Origin: Negativicutes bacterium
GTDB taxonomy: Bacteria; Bacillota; Negativicutes; UBA1444
Reading direction: 5' to 3'
Length of the DNA stretch: 64,000 nucleotides
NCBI GenBank assembly: GCA_963665275.2
Contig: CAXXIN010000014.1
Coordinates: 1 to 64,000, forward strand
A program made the position numbers and the translations under genes. Below, in pieces: positions 25,838 to 35,338 of this stretch (position 1 is the first letter of the stretch; each line of letters begins with the position of its first letter). A model generated the notes under the pieces. It searched no databases, had not been told where the DNA came from, and was given only the letters and a program-made list of their open reading frames with translations.

Positions 25838-27741
25838 AACACCTGATAGTCGGGACTGCTGGACATGTCGACCATGGTAAAACAGCCATTATCCGTTATC
25901 TTACCGGTACGGATACTGATCGCCTACAGGAAGAGAAAAAGCGCGGAATCTCAATTGATATTGGCTTTGCTGCGATGCATTTTGAAGAAAGCTTGACGCT
26001 GGGCATCGTGGATGTGCCGGGGCACGAAAGATTTTTGAAAAACATGTTGGCGGGGACTGGCGGAATTGATATGGTCATGTTGGTAATTGCGGCAGACGAA
26101 GGCATCATGCCGCAAACACGGGAACACTTTGAAATGCTGCAATGTCTCGGGATAAATCGAGGTATTGTTGTCTTGAATAAAACTGATAAAGTCGATGCCG
26201 AGTGGCTGTTGATGGTAGAAGAAGACGTGAGACTTTATCTGGAGGGGACTTTCCTTGCGGGTGCTCCCATTTGCCGGGTTTCGGCATTGACGGGTGCAGG
26301 AATGAACGAATTGCGTTCGACGCTGCAAAGCCAGGCAGAGGCTGCGATAGAACGAGATAGCGAAGCGCCGTTTCGCCTGTGGATTGACAGAGCTTTTAAT
26401 TTGAAAGGACAGGGCTTGATTGTCACGGGATCAGTGTTGACTGGAACTCTTAAGGCGGGAGAGCCTGTGATGGTTTTTCCGGGTGGTCTTGAAGCAAAAG
26501 TGAGGGAAATTGAGACACATAACCAACAAACCAATGTTGTAGGTGCTGGGCAAAGGGCATCTGTCAAACTGGCGGGACTATCATTAACCGAAGTTGGCCG
26601 AGGCATGTTCCTGAGCGCGGGAAATCATGGACAAACCAGTAAAATATGGGACGCGGCGATACTGTGGAAAAAACCATTTCCCTCCGGTACTCGAGTTCGC
26701 TTCCACATTGGGACCGGAGAATTTATTGGCAGGATGTCTTTTGCGAAAAAAGATGTTGAATCGGCCATTATCAGATTGCATCTGGAAGTTCCGGTTTCGG
26801 CTGGTTTTGGTGATCAGGGAATCTTACGTCGATATTCCCCGCAAGACTTAATTGGTGGAATAACCCTGTTGGGACCAGCGGCGCGCAACCATAAACGCGA
26901 CGATCAGCTGGCTAACTTGAAGGAGGCATTCTTGCGCCAAGATGGTGATGCAATTATGCTGGAATTGCTGCGAATGACTAAAGAACCGCCTATTCTGGAA
27001 GAATGGGTGCGCTTGGCTGGATATGCCAATGGGAAAATCATACGGAAGGTGGTTGCGCGGCTCGTTGGGGTGGGAAAAGTGAAACATGTAGGCAATTATT
27101 ATGTGCTTGCGGAAAAATTATCGGAATGGCAAAATCAAATGAATAAGGTGTTGACGGACTTTCATAGGCAAAACCCCGAACAACCCGGGATTTCCAGAGA
27201 AACGCTACGTCAAAAAATTAATTTGCCGGCAAATATTGCAGAGTGGTTTTTGCAAGAGGCCGTCGGTAGTGGACGGATTAAAACACGGGACGAATTTGTG
27301 GCGGCGCCGTCACATGCCCAGTTGCATGGTCAAAATGTTGGACAAATGAAAGACTTGTTGGATAAAATAATTGAACATCGAGAGGTGGTAGATATAACTC
27401 CCCAATGGTTGGCTGAAAAAATGCAGCGGACGCCACAAGAAATTAAGCCATTTTTTGATGCGTTGATTCGGGATGGAAGCTTGATTCGCCTATCGGGAGT
27501 ACACGTATACAGAAAAACAATGCAGTACATTGGGGCGGTTATTCAAGAGCATTTTTCCGCGCATACGACTTTGTCCGTCGGCGAACTTCGGGACTTGTTG
27601 AAGACTTCTCGCCGACTCGTCATCCCGGTAATGGAATATTTTGATTCGCATAATTATACAAAACGCCAAGAGGATCTACGCATACCTGGCGTGCGCTTTG
27701 AGAATTTATCAGAATTAACTGGCTTTAAATATACATGTTGA
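25834..27741 (+). CDS. selB: Selenocysteine-specific elongation factor
   Basis: [20 protein letters not shown]-terminal winged helix (TSRR...P..EYFD); follows selA. Confidence 0.97.
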   Translation: MKHLIVGTAGHVDHGKTAIIRYLTGTDTDRLQEEKKRGISIDIGFAAMHFEESLTLGIVDVPGHERFLKNMLAGTGGIDMVMLVIAADEGIMPQTREHFEMLQCLGINRGIVVLNKTDKVDAEWLLMVEEDVRLYLEGTFLAGAPICRVSALTGAGMNELRSTLQSQAEAAIERDSEAPFRLWIDRAFNLKGQGLIVTGSVLTGTLKAGEPVMVFPGGLEAKVREIETHNQQTNVVGAGQRASVKLAGLSLTEVGRGMFLSAGNHGQTSKIWDAAILWKKPFPSGTRVRFHIGTGEFIGRMSFAKKDVESAIIRLHLEVPVSAGFGDQGILRRYSPQDLIGGITLLGPAARNHKRDDQLANLKEAFLRQDGDAIMLELLRMTKEPPILEEWVRLAGYANGKIIRKVVARLVGVGKVKHVGNYYVLAEKLSEWQNQMNKVLTDFHRQNPEQPGISRETLRQKINLPANIAEWFLQEAVGSGRIKTRDEFVAAPSHAQLHGQNVGQMKDLLDKIIEHREVVDITPQWLAEKMQRTPQEIKPFFDALIRDGSLIRLSGVHVYRKTMQYIGAVIQEHFSAHTTLSVGELRDLLKTSRRLVIPVMEYFDSHNYTKRQEDLRIPGVRFENLSELTGFKYTC

Positions 27742-27766
27742 CAGCATAAGGTTGCGTCCCTATAAT
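27738..27766 (+). promoter_or_regulatory. sigmaA promoter of the glutamate synthase operon
   Basis: Perfect TTGACA-17-TATAAT. Confidence 0.85.
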
Positions 27767-27811
27767 TAATCTTGACATATTTCGTGTGCATGGAAAACAC
27801 AAACGTGTCAA

Positions 27812-27910
27812 GGGAGTGTGCCTAGGGTTCCGCGCGATGAAGCGGTCAGGACCGAGCGGCACAGCGCGCAAGCGTACACCGTGAGTATAAAAAACTCTGC
27901 GGAAGGTCCC
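27812..27910 (+). ncRNA. ykkC-family riboswitch aptamer, probably the ppGpp-sensing subtype 2a
   Basis: GTGTGCCTAGGGTTCCG...GGACCGAGCGGCACA...TACACCGTGAGTATAAAA..CTCTGCGG, with a P0 helix GGGA/TCCC; upstream of glutamate synthase genes. Confidence 0.85.
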
Positions 27911-27943
27911 GGGAATACCGGCCCTTGGCAGAGTTTTTTATTT
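27889..27943 (+). terminator. Riboswitch expression-platform terminator
   Basis: AAAAAACTCTGC...GCAGAGTTTTTT-ATTT overlaps the 3' part of the aptamer. Confidence 0.8.
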
Positions 27944-28006
27944 GCCGCTGTGCCAGTGAGAGAAATGCTCTTCATTAGAGAAAGAAAAGGAAGGTGTGAT
28001 TCTAAC

Positions 28007-29113
28007 ATGTGCAGAATCGGTGCCATTAAAAGCGCAAATCCGGTACACGCATCCATGGCCCTGTCGTTGATGTTGCCACAGCAGGAAGGACATGACAACT
28101 CAGGATTTGCAATGGTAATGCAGGATCTTGAAGGTGTTTTCGGTCCATATAAGGATAAGCCGTTGCTTTCGTTGGCTTGTACGCAAAAAGGCGCTAAGAT
28201 CGTACAGGATTACATGGAGAAAAGCGGCTTCCGCAATCTTTTCGAATGGATCCCCCAGGTAAACAACAAACCGGGGTTGGATATCAAGGCTATGCCCTAT
28301 TACATCTTTACTTCTTACGACTATCCTGACTATTTGGTCGACGCCAGCCGAGAAAACAAGGAAGACCTTTTGCTGAACACTAGGCTGGCACTCAGAGCCT
28401 TATTGGAAAAAGATGATCATGGATATGTTTTTTCGTTTTGGCCGGATGTACTTACATTGAAAGAGATCGGTGATCCCAGAGATATCGCCACATATTTTGG
28501 ACTGTGGGATGACAAAGGTGACCTGATGGCCCGGAACGTCGTCGTTCAATGCCGGCAAAACACAAATTACGAGATCGTCCGTTATGCGGCGCACCCGTTT
28601 TTCCTGCAGGGATATACACTGTGTGCAAATGGCGAGAATACCTTTTATACCAAGAATAAGGAATATCAAAAGTCGTTGCATCGAGGCTACATTGGTTTTG
28701 AGTCCGACTCCCAAAACTTCCTGTATACCTTGCACTATGTGCTGCATGAGCTGAAGTGGCCGATCAAGTACTACAAACATGTGATCACGCCGCTGCCGTT
28801 CGACGAAGTGGAACATCGCGCCGATCATAATGAACTGCGGGCCATCCGCCAGACATTGGGACATTTGGAGATCAATGGGCCGAACACGGTTATTGCCATG
28901 TTGCCAGATGGCAGCATCATGACCTGTTGCGATTCCAAAAAACTGCGACCGGTTGTCGTGGGCGGTACCAAAGATATGATGGCAATTTCTTCGGAAGTGT
29001 GCGGGCTCAATGTAATATTGCCGGAACGGGATGAAACCAAAGATATCTACCCGAATGAACGTGAAATCGTTATGATTACGCCCGGCATGGAGGTGCAGCG
29101 ATGGAAACAGTAA
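28007..29113 (+). CDS. Class II glutamine amidotransferase subunit of a split glutamate synthase
   Basis: Starts MCRIG (N-terminal nucleophile Cys); RQNTN, AHPF, NGEN, KLRPVVVG. Confidence 0.9.
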   Translation: MCRIGAIKSANPVHASMALSLMLPQQEGHDNSGFAMVMQDLEGVFGPYKDKPLLSLACTQKGAKIVQDYMEKSGFRNLFEWIPQVNNKPGLDIKAMPYYIFTSYDYPDYLVDASRENKEDLLLNTRLALRALLEKDDHGYVFSFWPDVLTLKEIGDPRDIATYFGLWDDKGDLMARNVVVQCRQNTNYEIVRYAAHPFFLQGYTLCANGENTFYTKNKEYQKSLHRGYIGFESDSQNFLYTLHYVLHELKWPIKYYKHVITPLPFDEVEHRADHNELRAIRQTLGHLEINGPNTVIAMLPDGSIMTCCDSKKLRPVVVGGTKDMMAISSEVCGLNVILPERDETKDIYPNEREIVMITPGMEVQRWKQ

Positions 29114-30735
29114 AAACTCAGGATATAACTTCTAATGATCTGCCGTGGAAAATCAGCTATACGCCGGAAAGGTGCACGATGTGCGGCAGTTGCGTGGCGG
29201 CCTGTACATTCAGCGCCATTGAAGCCCGTATCGAACGTCGTTCCATGACAATCTCCACAGGTCATCAGCCTGAACCGACCCAGCGACATGCTGCCGTTCC
29301 AGTGATCCGGCAAAAGAATACACTCGCCAATGCCTGTGTTGGCTGTGGAATGTGTGAGAAAGTCTGTCCCAATAATGCCATCCGGCCAGTACGCAATGAA
29401 GATTCCCGGATGAATGTTGTAGCTAGGGCCGGCGGCAGCCCGATCAAACGTGGTGGGCGGACTAACCTCAACGCAGACAGGGTTTTAGATAAAATCGTCG
29501 TTGGCCGTATTTCGCAAATGACAGACCCTTCACTGGATTCGGAGCGCCACACTTTTGATGTTCTGGCGCCTTTCGGACGGGTTCTGATGCCGAACGAACT
29601 GCCCTTTTCAGTCGAAAATGGCGAAATCCGCATGCAGGGATGGGTACCACCGGTACGTTGGATATACCCGCTGATTTTCAGCGACATGTCCATCGGCGCA
29701 CTATCGACTCGGGCATGGGAAGCTCTTTCCCTGGCAACCGCTTATCTAAATGAGAAACATAATATGCCTGTACGCATGTCTTCCGGCGAAGGTGGCATGC
29801 CGGTGAAACTGATGGAATCGGAATATCTTAAATATTCCCTTATACAGATTGCATCAGGTCATTTTGGCTGGAACCGGATTATCAAAGCATTGCCGAAAAT
29901 GAAAGTCGACCCGGCCGGCATTATAATCAAGATTGGACAAGGCGCGAAACCAGGCGACGGCGGACTATTGCCTGCGGCCAAGGTTGCCGAACATATACAA
30001 GCCATCCGCGGCGTTCCCAAGGCGGACTTGCTTTCGCCTCCCAATCATCAAGGGCTATACTCGATTGAAGAGTCCGTGCAGAAAATGTTCATGTCAATGA
30101 ATGCTGCTTTCAAGTTTAGAGTGCCGGTTGCGATAAAATGCGCAGCATCGGCTACTTCGGTTTCCGTGTACAACAATTTGTTGCGTGATCCATATAAAAT
30201 TTGCGGTGGCTTCTTTATCGACGGCATACAAGGCGGCACGGGAGCTGCCAACGAAGTTTCTCTCGACCATACCGGACATCCGGTAGTATCCAAGATCAGG
30301 GACTGTTACCAGTCAGCTGTGAAACAAGGCAGCCAGGGTCGCATTCCTCTCTGGGGCGGCAGCGGTGTCGGCATGACCGGCAACGCTGCCGCGGATGCAT
30401 TCAAACTAATCTGCCTGGGGGCCAACGGTGTTTTCATGGGCAAACTGCTGATCCAGCTGATGGGTTGCGTCGGCAATGAAAAAGGACGCTGCAATGCTTG
30501 CAACACGGGGTTCTGCCCGACCGGCATCTGTACCCAGGACCCCCGGCTGGTCAAGAGACTCGATATCGACAAAGCAGCGCAGAATGTTGTGGAATATATG
30601 CTGGCGTTTGATGCGGAATTTAAAAAACTGATGGCTCCGGTCGGCAATAGTTCTCTGCCGGTGGGGCGTTCGGATGCCTTGGTGACTAATGACCGTGCGG
30701 TGGCCGACAAACTGTCGATCACGTATGCGTGTTAA
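29101..30735 (+). CDS. Glutamate synthase FMN-binding subunit with ferredoxin domain
   Basis: Two CxxCxxCxxxC motifs, MSIGALS, SGEGG, IKIGQGAKPGDGG, C-terminal CNAC...CPTGICTQD. Confidence 0.93.
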   Translation: METVKTQDITSNDLPWKISYTPERCTMCGSCVAACTFSAIEARIERRSMTISTGHQPEPTQRHAAVPVIRQKNTLANACVGCGMCEKVCPNNAIRPVRNEDSRMNVVARAGGSPIKRGGRTNLNADRVLDKIVVGRISQMTDPSLDSERHTFDVLAPFGRVLMPNELPFSVENGEIRMQGWVPPVRWIYPLIFSDMSIGALSTRAWEALSLATAYLNEKHNMPVRMSSGEGGMPVKLMESEYLKYSLIQIASGHFGWNRIIKALPKMKVDPAGIIIKIGQGAKPGDGGLLPAAKVAEHIQAIRGVPKADLLSPPNHQGLYSIEESVQKMFMSMNAAFKFRVPVAIKCAASATSVSVYNNLLRDPYKICGGFFIDGIQGGTGAANEVSLDHTGHPVVSKIRDCYQSAVKQGSQGRIPLWGGSGVGMTGNAAADAFKLICLGANGVFMGKLLIQLMGCVGNEKGRCNACNTGFCPTGICTQDPRLVKRLDIDKAAQNVVEYMLAFDAEFKKLMAPVGNSSLPVGRSDALVTNDRAVADKLSITYAC

Positions 30736-30749
30736 GGGGGGGCGCGGGT

Positions 30750-33074
30750 ATGAAAACAATCAATACCTTAATAGATAATGAGCGAATGTCTACCCAAGAT
30801 TTGCTGCAGGCTATCAATGCGGCTGTTGCTGAAGGTGAGACGGAATTTGCGATCGAAGCCTCCGGGCAGCACGATATCGGCGGCCCGTTGTGGCACCCGG
30901 AAGGAAAATTGCTGCGCTTTCACGTGACCAACCCCGGCCAGCGTGTGGGGTGCATGTGCCTTGATAACACCGAAATCATTGTGGAAGGAACGGCATCCGC
31001 TGACGCCGGCTGGTTGAATGCCGGTGGGAAAATCGTTGTCAAGGGCGATGCTGGCGATACCGCCGCGCACTGTGCTGCATCAGGGCAAGTCTTTGTTGGC
31101 GGCCGAGTCGGCACACGTTCCGGATCTATGATGAAGCATGATCCGCTTTATTCGGCGCCGGAGTTTTGGGTGCTGAAGAATTGTGGCAGCTTTTCGTTTG
31201 AATTCATGTCCGGTGGTACTGCAGTTGTTTGCGGTTACGATAGCGAAGCATTCGACTCGGTGGTTGGTGATCGTTCCTGCGTGGGAATGGTTGGTGGAAC
31301 GCTCTACTTCCGCGGCACGGCGCACGGGCTTTCCAAGAAAGATGTCAAAATAGGAGCCTTGGCGGCAGCAGATATTGCCTATCTTAGCAAGGGAATGCCA
31401 TCGTTTCTGAAAGATATTGGCCGGTCCGAGCTTTTTGAAGCTCTGACGAAATGGGATGAATGGCAAAAAGTTACGCCGCTGACCTACGACGAGCGGCCGA
31501 AAAAAACATCGCCAGATATCCTGTCGTTCCGGAAAAACGCCTGGGTACCAGGCGGGATCTTCGGGGACGTCTGTGAAGATGACTGGCAGGTATATGGATT
31601 GGTGGCTACAGGAACTTATCGCCAACGCGTGCCTTTCTGGGAAAACCAGAAGTATATGGCCCCCTGTGAATTCAACTGCACTGCTTCGATTCCTTCACAA
31701 CATCGTTTCAACCTTCTGCGGGAAGGAAAAGTCGACGAAGCCTATCGTCTGGTTCTGGAGTATACGCCCTTTCCAGGTTCTGTCTGCGGAGCAGTGTGCA
31801 TGAACCTGTGCATGGATGAATGTACACGGAGTCAAGTGGATATATCCGCACAGATTGGACAATTGGGCAACTACTCCGCTGATGTTGCAGTCCCTGCGCC
31901 GGCAGCAAAATCCGGGAAGAAAGTCGCTGTTATCGGCGGCGGACCGGCGGGACTGTCGGCGGCTTGGCAGTTGGCGCGCGACGGACATGAAGTAGCGGTT
32001 TATGAAGCACATGAAGCGATGGGCGGTAAAATGGAGCAAGTCATTCCCCGTTCCCGTCTGCCGCATGAAACGCTCGAGAAAGAACTGGCGCGGATTGAGT
32101 CGATAGGCGTAAAATTCGTCACCAATTTCTCGGTAGATAAAGACAAGTTTAAAGTTCTTCAAAAAGAAAACGACGCCGTAGTATTAGCGAGCGGCGGACA
32201 TGTGACCCGAATCATCCCGTGGCCTGGAAATGAAAGAATTGTGAAAGGCCTCGACTTCCTCAAGGCTGTCAATCGGGGCGAACAAGTGCCGGTTGGCAAA
32301 AGAGTCATCGTAATCGGCTGCGGCAACTCCGGAATGGACGCGGCTGTGGGCGCATACCAGATGGGAGCTGAGCAGGTGGTCTGCATCGACGTGCAGCGTC
32401 CGGCCGCCTATCAAAAGGAAATCGATCACGTCCAAGAACTGGGCGGTGAACTGCAATGGCCTGTATTTACAAAAGAAGTCACCTCCGACGGAATTATCAC
32501 ACAGACCGGCGCGTTGATTAAAGGGGATATGGTGATCATCACCATCGGTGAAAGCCCGGATCTGAGCTACTTGCCGGAGGAGATTGCTTTGGAGCGTGGT
32601 TACTTGAAACCTGCCGCTGACCTGAGTGTTGCCGAGGGGATCTTCACGGCTGGCGACACAACCAAACCAGGGCGGCTGGTTGACGCGATTGGCGCCGGTC
32701 GTCAGGCAGCTCTGGCAGTTAATGCGTATCTCTTGAGCGAAAAATTCGTTGCGGAACAGAAGAGCCGCGTGCCGGCTGCGCGGATAAAAACAGCATATTT
32801 TAAAAAATGCCATTCCTGCGAATTGCCAGCGGTAAAGGATGAATATACTCGCTGCATAAGCTGCGGAACGTGCAGGGACTGCCATATGTGCGTCAAATCC
32901 TGTCCGGAAAATGCAATATCGCGCATTCAGAATCTGGAAAATAGCGGTGGATATGAGTATGTGGTCGATGCAAATAAATGTATCGGCTGCGGAATCTGCG
33001 CCGGGATATGCCCATCGGGCATATGGGCGATGTATAACAATGCCGAGCCAATTCCCATGTATAAAGTCATTTAA
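30750..33074 (+). CDS. GXGXG (GltB C-terminal) domain fused to a GltD-like FAD/NAD(P) oxidoreductase and ferredoxin
   Basis: GXGXG beta-helix repeats, VIGGGPAG, VIGCGNSGMD, C-terminal 4Fe-4S motifs. Confidence 0.9.
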   Translation: MKTINTLIDNERMSTQDLLQAINAAVAEGETEFAIEASGQHDIGGPLWHPEGKLLRFHVTNPGQRVGCMCLDNTEIIVEGTASADAGWLNAGGKIVVKGDAGDTAAHCAASGQVFVGGRVGTRSGSMMKHDPLYSAPEFWVLKNCGSFSFEFMSGGTAVVCGYDSEAFDSVVGDRSCVGMVGGTLYFRGTAHGLSKKDVKIGALAAADIAYLSKGMPSFLKDIGRSELFEALTKWDEWQKVTPLTYDERPKKTSPDILSFRKNAWVPGGIFGDVCEDDWQVYGLVATGTYRQRVPFWENQKYMAPCEFNCTASIPSQHRFNLLREGKVDEAYRLVLEYTPFPGSVCGAVCMNLCMDECTRSQVDISAQIGQLGNYSADVAVPAPAAKSGKKVAVIGGGPAGLSAAWQLARDGHEVAVYEAHEAMGGKMEQVIPRSRLPHETLEKELARIESIGVKFVTNFSVDKDKFKVLQKENDAVVLASGGHVTRIIPWPGNERIVKGLDFLKAVNRGEQVPVGKRVIVIGCGNSGMDAAVGAYQMGAEQVVCIDVQRPAAYQKEIDHVQELGGELQWPVFTKEVTSDGIITQTGALIKGDMVIITIGESPDLSYLPEEIALERGYLKPAADLSVAEGIFTAGDTTKPGRLVDAIGAGRQAALAVNAYLLSEKFVAEQKSRVPAARIKTAYFKKCHSCELPAVKDEYTRCISCGTCRDCHMCVKSCPENAISRIQNLENSGGYEYVVDANKCIGCGICAGICPSGIWAMYNNAEPIPMYKVI

Positions 33075-33077
33075 TAT

Positions 33078-33106
33078 TTGACAAGCAATCGACGCCGATC
33101 TATAAT
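33078..33106 (+). promoter_or_regulatory. sigmaA promoter of a short transcript
   Basis: Perfect TTGACA-17-TATAAT. Confidence 0.8.
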
Positions 33107-33111
33107 TATTC

Positions 33112-33187
33112 AAGTAAGTGCGTGATCAACGCACGATTGCGAAATTCCCAATGAAGGGATAAGACGGAGGTCTTATCCCTTTTTTTT
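33112..33187 (+). ncRNA. Candidate ~75-nt small RNA
   Basis: Consensus promoter, 5' hairpin GTGCGT/ACGCAC and a strong terminator; no ORF. Confidence 0.55.
33154..33187 (+). terminator. Intrinsic terminator
   Basis: AAGGGATAAGAC-GGAG-GTCTTATCCCTT followed by a T run. Confidence 0.9.
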
Positions 33188-33279
33188 GTAAAAAAAGGCA
33201 CATTTTCGTAACTTAGGGGGAATTGGACCGCTTAAAATGACAACCGATGCTCCGTACGACATAAAGTGTCCGATCGTTA

Positions 33280-33308
33280 TTGACACTTGTCCTACGTGTA
33301 CATATAAT
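33280..33308 (+). promoter_or_regulatory. sigmaA promoter of the liv operon
   Basis: Perfect TTGACA-17-TATAAT. Confidence 0.85.
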
Positions 33309-33314
33309 ATCAAC

Positions 33315-33416
33315 AGGTATAAAAACAAGGAACCGTTGGAGGATCCAGCGGGCGGAAACATCCCTACGCACAACAGCGAGACTGGAACCGAGGTGGATTC
33401 GGTTCAGTCTTTTTCT
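33315..33416 (+). promoter_or_regulatory. Attenuator-like leader of livH
   Basis: Hairpin at 33333-33351 and terminator at 33379-33414, both between the promoter and the RBS. Confidence 0.55.
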
Positions 33417-33469
33417 GTTCTGCAACGTAATGGAAACGAGTTCGGATTTGGCAACAAGGAGGCAAAGGC

Positions 33470-34366
33470 ATGGAATCTTCATCGTTAATGCAACAGTTCT
33501 TTCAACAGTTGATCAATGGCGTTTCCCTCGGCAGTATTTATGCGCTGATTGCCTTAGGCTACACGATGGTCTACGGTATTATTCGCCTGATCAATTTTGC
33601 CCATGGAGACATTTACATGTTGGGAGCATATGCCGGATATTTTGCGACAACTTATTTTAAGATGTCGTTCATTCCAGCGTTACTGTTTTCAATGGTAATC
33701 GCGGCGATCGTAGGGATGTTGATCGAGCGGCTGGCATATCGTCCGCTGCGTGGTGCACCCAAGATCGCCATTTTGATTACGGCGATCGGCGTGTCGCTTC
33801 TGTTAGAATATGGCGGGATTATTTTGGTAACACCGCAACCCCGGACTTTTCCCGAGCTGTTTCCGACAGCAACCTACAATTTCTGGGGCATGGTTGTCAA
33901 TAGTCAGCAGATAGTGATTTTGGCGATTTCGCTGGCGCTGATGTTTATTCTGACTTATGTAGTCAACAAGACGAAAGTTGGCAAGGCGATGCGCGCGGTT
34001 TCATTTGATACCGATGCAGCTCGTCTCATGGGTATCAACGTGGACCGGATCATCTCATTCACCTTTGCCATTGGGTCGAGTCTTGCGGCTGCGGCAGGGA
34101 TACTGGTCGGCATCTATTACAACTCGATTGATCCGCTGATGGGAATCATGCCAGGTCTTAAAGCTTTCGTAGCGGCGGTGCTCGGCGGGATCGGTGTGAT
34201 CCCGGGCGCCATGGTCGGCGGCATTTTGCTCGGCGTTATCGAAGCACTGGTCAGCGGTTTCTTATCTTCGACTTTCCGTGACGCCGCGGCGTTTATAATT
34301 CTGATCGTCATTCTGTTGTTCAAACCGTCAGGTTTGTTCGGCAAGAATATTCGCGAGAAAGTGTAG
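33470..34366 (+). CDS. livH: Branched-chain amino acid ABC permease
   Basis: GSIYALIALGYTMVYG..RLINFAHG. Confidence 0.95.
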   Translation: MESSSLMQQFFQQLINGVSLGSIYALIALGYTMVYGIIRLINFAHGDIYMLGAYAGYFATTYFKMSFIPALLFSMVIAAIVGMLIERLAYRPLRGAPKIAILITAIGVSLLLEYGGIILVTPQPRTFPELFPTATYNFWGMVVNSQQIVILAISLALMFILTYVVNKTKVGKAMRAVSFDTDAARLMGINVDRIISFTFAIGSSLAAAAGILVGIYYNSIDPLMGIMPGLKAFVAAVLGGIGVIPGAMVGGILLGVIEALVSGFLSSTFRDAAAFIILIVILLFKPSGLFGKNIREKV

Positions 34367-35338
34367 GTGGCTGCGATGAGAAGTAAAATGAAACTCGATT
34401 TGTCAGCATTGGCTACCTGCTTTGCTATCTATGCCATAATTATGGCGCTGATGGAGACAGAAGTGATCGGCGCCTTTTGGCAGCTGAATATTGTGCTGAT
34501 CTGCATCAATATTATTCTGGCCGTCAGCCTTAACCTGATTACTGGTTTTACTGGCCAATTTTCTATCGGGCATGCTGGATTCATGGCAGTTGGCGCCTAT
34601 GTGTCGGCAGTGTTCACCGTCAAACTGGGCATGTCTTTTGCCCTCGCGATCTTAGCTGGCGCCGGCGCTGCTGCGATATTGGGCTTTGCCATCGGTTTGC
34701 CAACGCTGCGATTGCAAGGCGATTATCTGGCAATTGCCACATTGGGCCTGGGCGAAATCATCCGCATCACGATCCTCAATATTCCATATGTCGGTGGTGC
34801 ATCCGGGCTGATGGGAATTCCTCGTTATACGAACTTTACCTGGGCGTTCTTTGCGATGGTGATCACCATCTTCTTCATTAAGAATTTTATCAATTCCAGT
34901 CATGGTCGTGCCTGTATCTCCATCCGCGAAAACGAAATTGCGGCGGAAGCGATGGGAGTGGACACAACCAAGTACAAGGTCCTCGCTTTCACTATCGGTG
35001 CTGCTTTTGCCGGTGTGGCTGGCGGGCTGTTCGCCCACTATTTTTACATTGCGCACCCCGCTTCGTTTACCTTCATGAAATCTTTCGATATTCTGACGAT
35101 GGTGGTGCTAGGTGGATTGGGCAGTATTTCCGGCTCGATAACGTCTGCCATCCTTCTGACCTTTATATCAGCAGGGTTGGCCAGTTATCCTGAATGGCGT
35201 ATGGTCATTTATGCGCTGTTGCTAATCGTTTTGATGATCTATCGACCGCAGGGATTGTTCGGTAACAAGGAGATCAGCCTGAAGATCTTCAGCCGCATTT
35301 TGGGAGGTGGTAAGCATGGCACTGCTCAAAATAAATAA
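34367..35338 (+). CDS. livM: Branched-chain amino acid ABC permease
   Basis: GQFSIGHAGF, LRLQGDYLAIATLG. Confidence 0.95.
   Translation: MAAMRSKMKLDLSALATCFAIYAIIMALMETEVIGAFWQLNIVLICINIILAVSLNLITGFTGQFSIGHAGFMAVGAYVSAVFTVKLGMSFALAILAGAGAAAILGFAIGLPTLRLQGDYLAIATLGLGEIIRITILNIPYVGGASGLMGIPRYTNFTWAFFAMVITIFFIKNFINSSHGRACISIRENEIAAEAMGVDTTKYKVLAFTIGAAFAGVAGGLFAHYFYIAHPASFTFMKSFDILTMVVLGGLGSISGSITSAILLTFISAGLASYPEWRMVIYALLLIVLMIYRPQGLFGNKEISLKIFSRILGGGKHGTAQNK

Noticed and set aside
27818-28006. N-terminal extension of the amidotransferase ORF
   Set aside because: It overlaps the riboswitch; class II GATases need Cys2, so the start is 28007.
33379-33414. T-box (TGGAACC) in the liv leader
   Set aside because: The motif lies in the terminator 5' arm, and there is no stem I/specifier or separate antiterminator.
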